Assembly: GCF_001194135.2 (NCBI RefSeq)
Contig: NC_068987.1
Location: 47,165,329 to 47,208,935 of the forward strand
Length of the DNA stretch: 43,607 nucleotides
Direction of reading: 5' to 3'
Source: Octopus bimaculoides
Lineage: Eukaryota
The position numbers and the translations under genes were made by a program. The notes beneath the pieces are model-generated. The model was not told where the DNA came from, did no database searches, and worked only from the letters and a program-made list of their open reading frames with translations. Positions 11,980 to 23,705 of the stretch are shown here, one piece after another. Each line of letters starts with the position of its first letter. The stretch's first letter is position 1.

Positions 11980-12668
11980 TTAATCCTAGATCATCCCTGA
12001 TCCAGGAAGCTACAGTGAAAGGTGTTTTTGCCATGATCATTCCATCTTTTATTCAGACATAATCCCTCCAAGGCTACATTATTGAATGTACCTTGTTGTT
12101 ACTTAGCTCCATGTCAGCTCTGATCCAGCAGATGTATGATGGAAGGCATTCTGGTTATGACACTCTTGTTTCTTATTGATATCTAAGACTGCATTACACA
12201 ATGTCCCCTTCCTCATTTTTAAGCTGGCAGGATATGATTAAAGTAAGATTATGCTGCTAATTGTAACAGGTTGAGCATTTGGTTGCATTTCTTTAGGATT
12301 TAGGTTCGAAATCTGCTGGAGTCATCTTTATTTTTCATTCCCTACCCCCAAGCCCAGGAGTCAACAGAATGAAGAATTAACAAAAATCATTATCATTATC
12401 ATCATCATTTTAACAACCACTTTGGCATATTTGCATGGATTGGACAGAGTTTATCAAAGCAGATTTTCTATGGCTGGATACTGTTTTGCTTGCCAACCCT
12501 CACCTCCAAGTAAGGTAATATTTCCCTATGGCTTGACATGTTTACACAGAATATTGGAAACAAAGGACACAGTTTGTAAGACAGTGACACTCAGTTACAA
12601 ATATTACATAATATCAAGACAAGGAAGGGGACACACCTATAAATATATATATATATAATGATGATGAT

Positions 12669-15330
12669 GGCCATCCACTCGTGACTGAGGAAAACCATTA
12701 CTGACCTTTAGGAATATTGTGCACTCAAGACTACCTTTACACTTGTGGCTCCATTGGTTACTAACGAGCCCTGCTCTTGACAAACGTACACGACTGCAAA
12801 CATTGCAGACCAAGCTTTCACCATTCGTAAACTAGCTGTGTGCTTTCATGAAGAATACATGCTCTTTCAAAGGTACTGACTCCCTCTTTTACCTGTTTCC
12901 TCCATCAGTGGCGATGACAAGCATTGCTCCCCTTTAACCTCCCGCATTTCACAGGCCTTTAACGAGGGCTTTACACAGTCCTTAAATCACAATCTTGGCT
13001 TCTGCCAGGATCACTTTCCACTAACAAGTTCCCCATATGACATCTGTTTAGGGATCCTGCTATCATTCATTTTAACAAGCAGTCCAATCTAACCAGTGTT
13101 TGTGCACCATTGCCTCAATACTCAGGATATTGGCTTTCTTCAAGACCAGTGTATCTGGAGTTTTTAAGGTCCAGCCAATATTCAGAATGTGTCTCAGACA
13201 ACTCTGATGGAAGCGTTCAAGGACTTTTATATGACATTTGTAAAGGATCCATGTCTCACATGAGCAATGTCAGTACACATGCACGGTACACAGCAATTTT
13301 TGTTCACCTTGTGATGCCATGTTGGGACCAGACACGAGACTCAAGAGACCTGAAGGAATCAGTTACTCTCTGCAGCCTAAAAGATATTTCATCATCCAGG
13401 GAGCAAGAACAGCTGAGTGTGCTGCCTAGATAGACAAACTTGTCTACTACCTTCAGAATTGTTCCTTCAATCAAGATAGCTGGTTTCACATATGGGTTTC
13501 CTGGTGCAGGCTGGAACATCACAACAGTTTTGTCCAGGTTAATGCTGAGTAGAAATGCCTTGCAAGAAGCAGAAATATGATCCACAAGTATTTACACGTC
13601 ATCCACTGTATGAGTGACGAAGTCACAATCATCTGCATAAAGGAGGTCATGAATAAGAGACTGGAAAACTTTTGGATTGGCAGCAAATCAACGTAGGTTA
13701 AAAGGATGGCCAGAAGATCGATACCTAACATATATCTCAGGAGAGCTGTCCATAGCAAAAACATGAGTGAGAGTAGCAGCAAAGTACAGAGAAAAGAGAG
13801 TTGGAGCAAGGATGTCACTCTGCTTGACACCATTCTCTACAGAAACGAGTCCTGCCATGCGACCACCACCATAACACAAGCCTCCATCCCATCATGAAAT
13901 GATTTGATTGATACAAAGTGATATGGACATCCAAGCTTGCCAAGTATTTTCTATAGGAAGGCCATTTTTACAGTATCAAAGGCTTTAGTTAAATCAATGA
14001 ATACCTGGACAAGATTCATATTCTGCTCATAGCATTTCTCCTGCATCTGTCTCACTGTGAAATCATATCCATCGTTCCTCTACCAGATCGGAAGCCACAT
14101 TGAGATTCAAATAGGACATCATTTACAAGGCACCTATTCAGGTGGATGAGAAGAATACTTGCGAGGACATGGCCAGCAGCTGATGATAGAGTAATACCTC
14201 TGTAGTTTCCACACTCTACTCTGGCTTCCTTTCCTTTATAGAGAGGAAAAATAATTGCATCCTTCCAGTCCGTAGGTATTGCACCATCCCTCCAGATTAC
14301 ACTAATAAGTTCATAAAGGAACTGTGATGTGATCACCACCAAATCGCAGGACCTCAGCACAAATACTATCCTTACCAAGATTCAATTTACTTATTGCTGT
14401 TGTTACCTCATCTATTGAGGGCGTGGAATTTAAGGAGCTAATGACAGGTCTTTGTTGCATAGTGTCAATCACTGCTTTGTCCACAACTGACTCATGCTTT
14501 AGGAGTTCAGCAAAATGTTCAATCCAGCAACCCATGATCTCTGTTGATTTAGTAAACTGAGTAGATGACTCCTTGGAAAGTAAAGGAGCTGATGCAGAGC
14601 TCTTAGGCCCATAAACTTGCTCCATAAGATGGTAAAGTTTCTTGCAGTCATTTGCATCAGTAGCAGCCTGAATATCATGAGCAAGATCCTCCCACCTGCA
14701 TCTTCCTGAGAGATTGTTGTAGTAATGATTTTACACTGCTGTAGTGGGCAAGTGCTAGATTTCGCTGCACAACTGAAAGTCCTCTGAACAATAACACACT
14801 GTGGGCATGGCGCTTTACGACCAGCAGTCGCTGAACTTCAGCATCATTTTCATCAAACCAGCCTCTGTGTCTGGCAGTAGCAATGACTTTATCAGCTGAA
14901 TATAGAAAATAGTTTTATCTTCATCACAACTGGTCAAAGTAGATGCATAAGCACTTTTTAGAGCAGCAAACCGCCCACCCCTCAGATGCAAACGTAGAGT
15001 CATTAAATGATCATTTATAGGAATAAGAAGCTCCTTCAACATCTTAAGGATTTCAAATTGAATTGTAAAGCCAACACCAGCCTCTCTGCGCTCCTCCTTC
15101 AGTTTCCCCTTCCCAAAAAAGGTGTATCCACCTCCTACTTCCTCAAGCTGACCATCACCTTCTAGACAAGTCTCTGAAGGAAACAACTTCATATCTAACA
15201 TCGACCACCTACATGCAGGTTGCTGACTACATGCTTCCAAAGAAATCAGGGCATCCAACCAAAGAAATCAAGCCAGAACAAAAGAACAACCTGGTGTTAC
15301 CATTGGAAACCATATCAGAAAGATGCCATA
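12669..15330 (-). mobile_element. RTE-clade LINE, degenerate ORF2 (AP endonuclease plus reverse transcriptase), (CAT)n 3' tail
   Basis: APE peptides (SETCLEGDGQLEEVGGGYTFF, GVGF, SAYASTL) and RT peptides (DWKDAIIFPLYKGK, CGNYRGITL, ESQCGFRSGRGTMDMI, GVKQ..LAPTLFSLYF) across frameshifted ORFs 13304-15258; tail near 12658-12668. Confidence 0.92.
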
Positions 15331-15577
15331 TAGTATTATTTGTAACATCCAAGCAGTTTTTTTTTTCTGGCACTTAGTCTTACGTCTACTACAACAACAA
15401 CAACCACAGAAGTATAGGCAAGACATCACTGAGATGAAGTCAAATGGTCATTCATATCTTCCATCTTATACAAGTATAACAATGATAGCATATGTATCAA
15501 ATAAATAATAAATAATATTTACATAAAGAAGTACATTTTAAACATGTTGCAATGTGTGTTATATATATATACATTAC

Positions 15578-15632
15578 CTGGATGATCAAGCATGTAATTG
15601 TAATCATTTCTTTGTTCATCATCTTTTAAAAT
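15578..15632 (-). CDS. DNAJC25: DNAJC25 exon 5 (ILKDDEQRNDYNYMLDHP)
   Basis: Acceptor ctgtttag, donor CAG|GTAATG, 55 nt phase 0-1; matches LKDEETRKDYDYMLDHP of homologues (from memory). Confidence 0.95.
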
Positions 15633-15786
15633 CTAAACAGAAAACAAAATATGCATGGATATGTATACAACTATATAAATGTATGTATGTGCACATATGT
15701 GTTTACATGTTTAAGAACAGGAATGAATACAAGCCTGTAATGCATGCCTAATATCTTCCATTTTTGTAAATGCGTAATAGTATATA

Positions 15787-15996
15787 CAAGGTGGGCCAAA
15801 AAATCACGCACCAAGACTAAAACTAGATTTAATCTATATTGCATACATATGTATATTTTGCTAAAATTGAATAAAATAACTAAAATAATGATGAATGCAC
15901 ATGATGAATGCACATGATGAATAAGATAAATAATAATAATAATAATATATAAATTAAATGTCAGATGTTTTGGTGTGTGTCTTTTGGCCCACCCTG
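15787..15996. mobile_element. Tc1/mariner-type MITE
   Basis: TA flanks; TIR CA(A/G)GGTGGGCCAAAA plus further partial match. Confidence 0.8.
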
Positions 15997-16171
15997 TAGG
16001 TATGTGTATATACAGTGGTTAGATATGAACTTAATCCATTTCAGGACCAAGGAGTAATTGAAATACATATAAATAGGTGTAAATCCATTCCAAGCCACAC
16101 TCAAACTCCACATAAAGGCACAAAACTATGTTTTATTTGTCCATCCATCAAAAGCAAAGCAAATACATAAA

Positions 16172-16173
<2 letters not shown>

Positions 16174-16221
<48 letters not shown>

Positions 16222-16665
16222 CGTGCATGCGCACACACATGCATGTGTATGCATGCATGCATTTTACTCTTTGTCTTGCTTCTATTAATCTATGGTTATG
16301 GTTTTAGCAAAAAATATGAGAACCATTATTATTTTCTCAATAAAATACTAAAATTTGCAAGCTACATGAAATACATATAAGGACTTTAACAAACCATTCA
16401 TACATGCTCTCCCAGCCACTTATAAAGATGCATACTCTATTTGTGATTTGTTCAAATGTCAGCTCTCTAAAGAGTGAATGACCTCCTGGTCACTTATGTG
16501 TACACAGTTTGTTTGTGATTTGTTGATCAAATTTCAGTTCATTATGTAAGTTTTAATATTCTTCCAAAAAAATCAATCATCAATCAATTTGTTTGTTTAG
16601 AGAACCATTCATATATGAGTACTCCATTCTGTGTGCATAGCATATATATGTGCGTATGTGTGTGT

Positions 16666-16707
<42 letters not shown>

Positions 16708-17081
16708 ATATATATATATACATACATACATACATACATACATACACACACACGTACACGCTTCTGATCACTTCAGTCATGTAATCACATAAGTGCTTTT
16801 CTCAGACTATTTTTTTTCCTTCTCTCTGGATCTTTCCACTTTCTGATGAAGAGCCATATGCTCAAAACATCACACCCCCTCTTTTTTTTTATCGTAAACT
16901 GTAGCTTTTGATTGATGCTTTTCTGCTGGCTAGACATGCAAGCCAATATTCCCACTGAACAGAAAACCAGTCCCTCAGAGTATTACCCAATTACATTCAC
17001 TGTGTACATCCTTTTTACTTTTGTTGGTTTAGGTTCTATATTTGTTTTGATTTTTGATTTATCTCTCTCTCTCTCTCCCTC

Positions 17082-17127
<46 letters not shown>

Positions 17128-17160
17128 CACTACACACACACACACACACACATGTGTATA
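16174..17160. repeat. Cluster of (TG)n, (TA)n, (CT)n and (CA)n microsatellites (16174-16212, 16656-16752, 17062-17150)
   Basis: Direct reading. Confidence 0.9.
16843..16871 (+). ncRNA. Decayed minimal hammerhead motif
   Basis: CUGAUGA-A-GAGC-CAUAU-GCUC-AAAAC-AUC; restoring two CpG>CpA changes gives GCUC-GAAAC-GUC. Confidence 0.45.
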
Positions 17161-17241
17161 TACTGAAATACACACACAGATCATAGACATGCATACACAT
17201 ACCCAGAGTGAAACCCAACCAAATAATGGGTATTAACTTAC

Positions 17242-17295
17242 CTCATAAGCACTGGCTATCTTCTGGAACATCACAGTAGCTGTGGCTTTTTCTTC
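17242..17295 (-). CDS. DNAJC25: DNAJC25 exon 4 (EEKATATVMFQKIASAYE; J-domain helix III)
   Basis: Acceptor attcag, donor GAG|GTAAGT, 54 nt phase 0-0, F-x-x-I-A-x-AYE J-domain pattern. Confidence 0.93.
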
Positions 17296-17609
17296 CTGAA
17301 TATTCATGAGAAAAAGAAAAGAAACAGAAGCAGAAACAAATCAATGAAAAGCATGTATAATTATCATCACCAATACTATGTAGTACAAATGTATGTCTAT
17401 GGACAGAAATATTGTTTACAAGTTTTTTTTCGTTTGTTTGTTTTTGCTTTTTAAATTTGGATCCTCACCACTCAAGAAATCCTAATTTCAACCTGATTAG
17501 TTCAGTCAGTTGCAATTGTCACAGGTTATTTTCACACATTTTCAGTAGTAGCATACCAGTTTTTGTGGGAGAGAGACTCTATAATTGGAAGTTCACCATC
17601 TAACTTCCC

Positions 17610-18000
17610 TACCAACTAATTTTGGGAGGGTTGTAGGGACAGAGCCCTCTGGCACCTTCTCCATAATGTTCTATGCAACCATCATTACACTTTCTGGCTG
17701 GATTCCCAAGTGTAACCAACTGAGTGTATGGATATCATCCAACAACCTCCTTCTTGGTCTACCCCTACGTCTCCTTCTGGTTAACTTGGCATGAAGAATC
17801 CATCTTGCAATTCTTTCTAACATTCTAATCACGTGTGTAGTACTGGAGCTGTGACCTCTCAATACAGAGAAGTAGCAGCTTGACCTGCAAAGACTCACTG
17901 ACCTCTGAGCTACACACTTTGTCAAGTAACATTACTCCAGAAATCCTTTGGGGGAATTCCATTTTAACCACTTGTATTCACAGTCGTACTTTTCTGTTCA
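17610..18000 (-). mobile_element. RTE-type LINE 3' ORF fragment
   Basis: RRRRRGRPRRRLLDDI resembles the post-RT R-x-x-GRP-x-x-x-W-x-D-x-I motif. Confidence 0.6.
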
Positions 18001-19736
18001 TTATCCAACTTCCTCAAAGAAGCCAAACATGAAATATAATTTAGTGAGTGAAAAGTTAAAGTTTGAAAAAAATTATTGATCTTGGATGCTGGTACCAGAA
18101 GTATAAATTTCATCAGAGCGAAATAATTTTATTTAGATCAGTCTGGATCGACAAATAGTTTGATCCGGACTGATAAAATTGTGCTATTAGAACATTAATT
18201 ATTTTGACAAAGCTAAACATTTGAGGTAGGACCTCAAACAGGGAAAAAAAAACTTCGTAATTTTCGTTCTTTTCCACATATATATTATATCTGTTACAAC
18301 AAATATCTGTAAATTTTAACAGGTTTTTTTTTAAAGGTCGACAGGCAGTATGTGCGTGAAAGTAAACTCCTACAATTCATGTGCATTCACACGACACAAA
18401 TTCAGCAACAAGGGAAATAACTTTGCATTTTGTGCTACAAAGCCAATAGGAGTTATATTTCCTTAAAGAAACAATGATATTTAGTATGTCAGTCTCAGAA
18501 TATTTTATTTGTTTCATTTAGCCATGTTGGGGCACTGTTTCGAAGAATTTTAGTCAAACAATTCGACCCCATTACATTTTTTTTTAAGCCTAGCATTTAT
18601 TCTATCAGTTCTTTTCCTGAACCGCTAAGTTACACCGGTTGTCAAGCAGTGGTGGTTAACAAATAGAAAAGTTCACCAACCATATCATGGGCAACATCAA
18701 TATCTATGCAAAACAGAACATCATCCTATTAGGAACAGCCTACATACTACAGAAAGTTGTGTCAGTCAAATGATAGCTTCCTTATAGTGCCTCATTCCCA
18801 TAGTTTGGCCAGTCAATGGGATATAAAAACTGGGAGCACAAAGAAAGAAATCAGTGCAGGCACAGCTCTGAGTGGTTAAGAAGTTTTCTTGACAGACACA
18901 TGATTCTACGTTCAATCCTACTGCATGGTACCTCGAGAAAGTGTCTCCAACTATATAACCTCATGTTGACTAATACCACCTTGTAAATAGAATCTGGTAA
19001 ACAGAAACTGAGCAAAAGATTGTTCTGAAGGAATATATTATCATCATTTTAATGCCCACTTTTCCATGCTTGCATAGGTAAGAAAGGCTGAATGCCCTAC
19101 CAATTACCAACTCTCACCTATTTCCAAGCAAGGTATTATTTCCTTATGGCCAGTCATGTTTTGCATAGAAGACTAGATACAAATGACATCACTTGTATAA
19201 TAGTGATACATGTTTTGAACTACTACCATGTCAAGACAAAGAGACACACAGAGACAAACAGATATATGACAGCCATCTTTCAGTTGCCATCTATCAAATC
19301 TATTCACAGGATTTTGTTGAACTGGATCTATAGCAAAAGATATTTGCCCAAAGTGTCATGCAGTGGGACTGAAACCTGAAACCATATAGCTGGGAAACAA
19401 ACCTCTTAAGAAAATCCAATGAGAAAATCAAAAATAATTTTGATGTTTTTGAATGATGTGCCTTGTAACATTTGTTCTATGAGTTAGACACTCCCTTATC
19501 ACCAATAATTAGTGACTGGCCTGGTGAAAATCTGTGACCAATGATGCTATAACTCACCAAAAGTGATATAAGATAGAAAGAGAAATGAGAGGTAGGAAAA
19601 AAGGGAGGGAAGAAAAAGGAAAGGAAAAAGAGAAATGAAAGAAAAACACAAAAGAAAGCAAAAACAAAAGATAAAGAAAAAATAAAGGAAAAGAGAAAAA
19701 GAAATAGAAAGCAGAGAGACTTGAGTGATAACTGAC

Positions 19737-19802
19737 CTCTTCTTTGAACCTGTCTGGATGCCATTTTCGAGCAAGATTTCTGTATGCTTTGACAATTTCA
19801 TT
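19737..19802 (-). CDS. DNAJC25: DNAJC25 exon 3 (NEIVKAYRNLARKWHPDRFKEE; J-domain HPD motif)
   Basis: Long polypyrimidine tract ending ttttag, donor GAG|GTCAGT, 66 nt phase 0-0, HPD tripeptide. Confidence 0.95.
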
Positions 19803-21725
19803 CTAAAAAATGAAGAAAGAAAAATAAACATTAATCAAACATTAATTAAAATTTTAAAAGATATATTTTGCAGAATTATTTCAGATTTAAAAACAGAAAT
19901 TTTAAATATTTTACTGCTAAAATATTTTACTAAAATACTTTACTAGTTATTTATTAATTACATCCACCTCAACCCCCCCATCTGGACCAATGTGAAATGA
20001 AGTGTTTTGCTCAAGAACACAACACGTCACCCGGTCCAGGAATCAAAACCACAATCTTACGATGAGGAGTCCAACATCCTACCCACTAAGCCACACACTT
20101 CCACTTGGGATGCATGACTGGACAACTTGAAAGTATTACCAACTTATATCTGAACACTTTGTGCCATACAAAAATACTGGCAGAAAGAGTATAGCAACAT
20201 TGCCATAGGAGAGGAAAATCTAATATTACAGACTGAGTCCTTTAAGGAAAAGTTGACAGAAAAGAAATAAAAGAAAGACAACAGTTCTACATCCTCTGCG
20301 TTTGAGAAACAGGCTGCAAATGACGAGGAACATAAGACAACAGGAGCTTCAGCATGTAGTAGGAGAGAGAAACTTGGTGAGAGAATGTGTGAAGTATGCA
20401 TGTGTATGTGAGTTTAACAGGGCAAACTTTTTGAATCATAGATTCATCCCAACCAATGAGCTTTAAGACAAATCTTGAATCAGCCCATGGCTGTTTTAGA
20501 AGATAATTTCTAAAGTGCTGCATAGTATGTTTGAACTCTGAGCTTCATGACTGTGAAGTGAAATTCTTAGCTATTCATCCATGTCTGCATTCATACACAC
20601 AATGAATGATTGTTTGTATGAATATAAATGTGTATCATCATCATTTTTATGTCCACATTCCATACTGACATGGATTGAACAAGTCACCACAATTGGAGTC
20701 AACACACATTGATAAGCAGGTGCTACTCATCAAGCCAGTTTGAATGCATCTCACTCCTGGGCCTCATTTTTGACTTCATACTGTTATAAGAAATGACAAT
20801 TAAGACCATCTATCTATTTATCGATCTGTCTAACATATACACCACTGAGTTGGATGAAGAAGAATCAAGCCTCAGAGATGTCTCAATCCTACCACTACAG
20901 CTAATCACATCATCAATGTAGGATCAACAGTGCCCGAGGTGGGGAAATTGTTTAGTACCTGAGGTAACATGTAAGTGCATAAAAAAATTGTAAAGACAAA
21001 ATATAATGAATGTCTAATTTTACAAATTCATAGGAATGCATGCAATCACATGAAGCCTCATTAATTAAAATGCTACTCTGGATTAATTTAATTAACTAAC
21101 AAACAGTTTCAAACTAGAATGTAGGAAATTTCTTGCTCACTCCTGCTCTATGGTTAGATTGATCTGACATAAATAGCAGTCAAATCTACTCCAGATCACA
21201 CCGTACCATCTAAAACAAATAAAATTAAAAAAAGATAATGGTCCTCTAGGTTAACTAGGTCTAAATAAATGATGAAATGGTCATGTCTAGAACCCCATTG
21301 TTCACAACTCTACTCAGCTAGAGCTGAATTGCAGCTAATCAACGGCAATCCTACCTAATCATACCCTCACACACACAAAGCATTACTACCACACTTAAAA
21401 CATTTCCAACACCAACCAACAAGATCCTACCACCACATGTACCATACTCCTACTTAACCCCACCATTACACCACACTACACAGACATACATCAATACACA
21501 CCCTCAGATATATTAATAGATACAGTGACAGACACATATACTGATAGATGTAAACAATAACAGATATACAGACACACATTCAAATGGTACTGAGAGATAC
21601 AAGTAGTGGAGATGCACAGACATATACACTATCATTGACACTGCCAAGAACTTGCACTTAATATAACACATTCAAGATGTGTATGTATGCACATACACAC
21701 ACAAACACATATATATACATACATG

Positions 21726-22003
21726 CATCATCATCGTTGTTTAACGTCCGCTTTCCATGCTGGCATAGGTTGGACAATTTGACTGAGGACTGGCAAGCCA
21801 GAAGGCTGCACCAGGCTCCAATCTGATCTGGCAGAGTTTCTACAGCTGATGCCCTTCCTAACGCCAAACACTCCGAGAATGTAGAGGGTGCTTTTACATG
21901 CCACCGGCACGAGGACCAGTCACATGGTACTGGCAACAGTCTCGCTCAAAAGGTGTTTTTTATGTGCCACTTGCATAGGAGCCAGTCCAGCGGCACTGGC
22001 ACG
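21726..22003 (-). mobile_element. Copy of the (GAT)n-tailed repeat family
   Basis: Shares CGTCCGCTTTCCATGCT...GATGCCCTTCCTAACGCC with 1918-2340. Confidence 0.85.
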
Positions 22004-22704
22004 TGTGTATTTACGTATGATTGGTAGGGTGTCTGTGTATTTGACTCTCACTCTTTTTCCTTCGTTTCTTTGTCTTTTTTCTTGGATCATTCCTAAACGT
22101 TCATAAGAGAAAGTAGCAATTGAAACGATTTGTAAGAGGAGTAGAAAGAGTAAATTAGATTTGTTTTAGAGGAGAAAAGTGATTTTGTATGTAGTTTTAT
22201 GGATTTTATTCGTAATTGGGAGTNNNNNNNNNNNNNNNNNNNNNNNNNNNNNNNNNNNNNNNNNNNNNNNNNNNNNNNNNNNNNNNNNNNNNNNNNNNNN
22301 NNNNNNNNNNNNNNNNNNNNNNNCAGTGCACCCACCCCCACTACTAACTTGGTCGCCCAGATAGCGGAAGCTAGGTATTATATATTAGAAAAACTAAGGT
22401 ACTCAGAGATCTGGATGGTTGTACATATCAGATTTTTTTTAATATGTCACATGTGTTTATAAATCATATATTAGCGCTTGCATCTACTCTGGTAGATTCT
22501 TCAGATTTGAAGAATCTACTAGATAAAATAGATATAACAGAAATAAAAAACGTTCAGTATATAAAAATTATGGATATACAATATATACATAAAATATACG
22601 ATATGGAATATATAAAAATATATATAACGAGCAAACTATAAAAATATACAATATATAAAATTAGTGAGAAAAAGGGGGGTAGACAGTAAATACATAATTA
22701 CATA

Positions 22705-22890
22705 TGGATGGCTGTTGACTCTCAAGAGTTCCTCCGCCCTTTGATGGGTTGTTTTTCATCCTGCAGGGTGTTCAATAAACACCCTCCTCACCAAGTAAGC
22801 TTGGTGGGGTTGCCAGTTTAGTCACCGACGGCCTGATCATGCAACAGGTTGTACTGGGTTACACGTTACCAGAAGCACTCGAAAGTGACC
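22705..22890 (-). mobile_element. 5' UTR fragment of an RTE-like non-LTR element
   Basis: GC-rich, hairpin-rich island (GGGTGTTTATTGAACACCC; CACCAAGCTTACTTGGTG) in low-complexity flanks; resemblance to RTE heads is from memory. Confidence 0.45.
22813..22890 (-). ncRNA. Putative degenerate HDV-like (nested double pseudoknot) ribozyme at the 5' end of an RTE-like head
   Basis: Manual fit: P1 GGUCAC/AUGAUC, P2 CCAGU/ACUGG, P3 ACA/UGC, L3 ACCUGU with CC facing a downstream GG, short P4, J4/2 CUAA. Two mismatches and a short L3. Confidence 0.5.
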
Positions 22891-22899
22891 TAACATAAC

Positions 22900-23300
22900 A
22901 CATATACAAGCATATATACATACATATGTACATACAAACATATATACATACATATGTACATACAAACCTACATACATATGAACATACATACGAACATACA
23001 TATGAACATACATACGAACATACATATGTACATACAAACATGTACATATATATATTATATTACATGATCGGCAGTATAATATTGGAAGAAATTATGTAAC
23101 AGCAAACTGTATGTACATGCATGCATACGTGTATATAAATTAATGCAAACACACACACAAAAATACATAAAAACTCACATATATCCACAAACATATCTAT
23201 ACACACACACATTAATATGTATGTATACATATACATACACATACATATAGATGCTTATACATGCATATGTATATACATTCTTACATACAAGTGCAAAGCA
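22900..23300. repeat. Degenerate (CATA)n / 12-bp CATACATA(T/C)GAA array
   Basis: Direct reading. Confidence 0.85.
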
Positions 23301-23462
23301 TTGTTCTTTCTTTGGTTTTGTGCTCACACCTTTAATTCTAATTTGCATTTTACTGGCTTTCTTAAACACTAATAATTACATTGCTTCAAATTAGCTACAT
23401 GTGTATATACAAACATACATGTGGAGGGAGGTTGGTTAAATATGTTGTATAGTATAAAATTT

Positions 23463-23705
23463 TGTGTGCACACATGCATGTATTACATGTGCTTACATGT
23501 GTATGTGTATATATTTATATGTATATATGCATTTGCATTGTGTGTGTGTGCACATGCATGCATTACATGTGCTTATATGTGTATGTGTATATATTTATAT
23601 GTATATATACATTTGCATTGTGTGTGCACACACATACATGCATTACATGTGCTTATATGTGTATATATTTATATGTGTCTATATATGCATTTGCATTTTG
23701 TGTGT
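23463..23705. repeat. Minisatellite, three ~78-bp units built from TG/TA repeats
   Basis: Unit ...CATG(T/C)ATTACATGTGCTTA(C/T)ATGTGTAT...ATTTGCATT repeated three times. Confidence 0.85.

Noticed and set aside
21141-21163. Open 23-nt candidate for exon 2 (also a 41-nt candidate at 23328-23368)
   Set aside because: Peptides YQSNHRAG and LFKKASKMQIRIKG do not resemble J-domain helix I; the first lies in a dispersed repeat.
22492-22522. 12-bp hairpin followed by CTAG, as a possible Helitron 3' end
   Set aside because: The stem is AT-rich, overlaps CTAG with no spacer, and no 5' TC end was identified.
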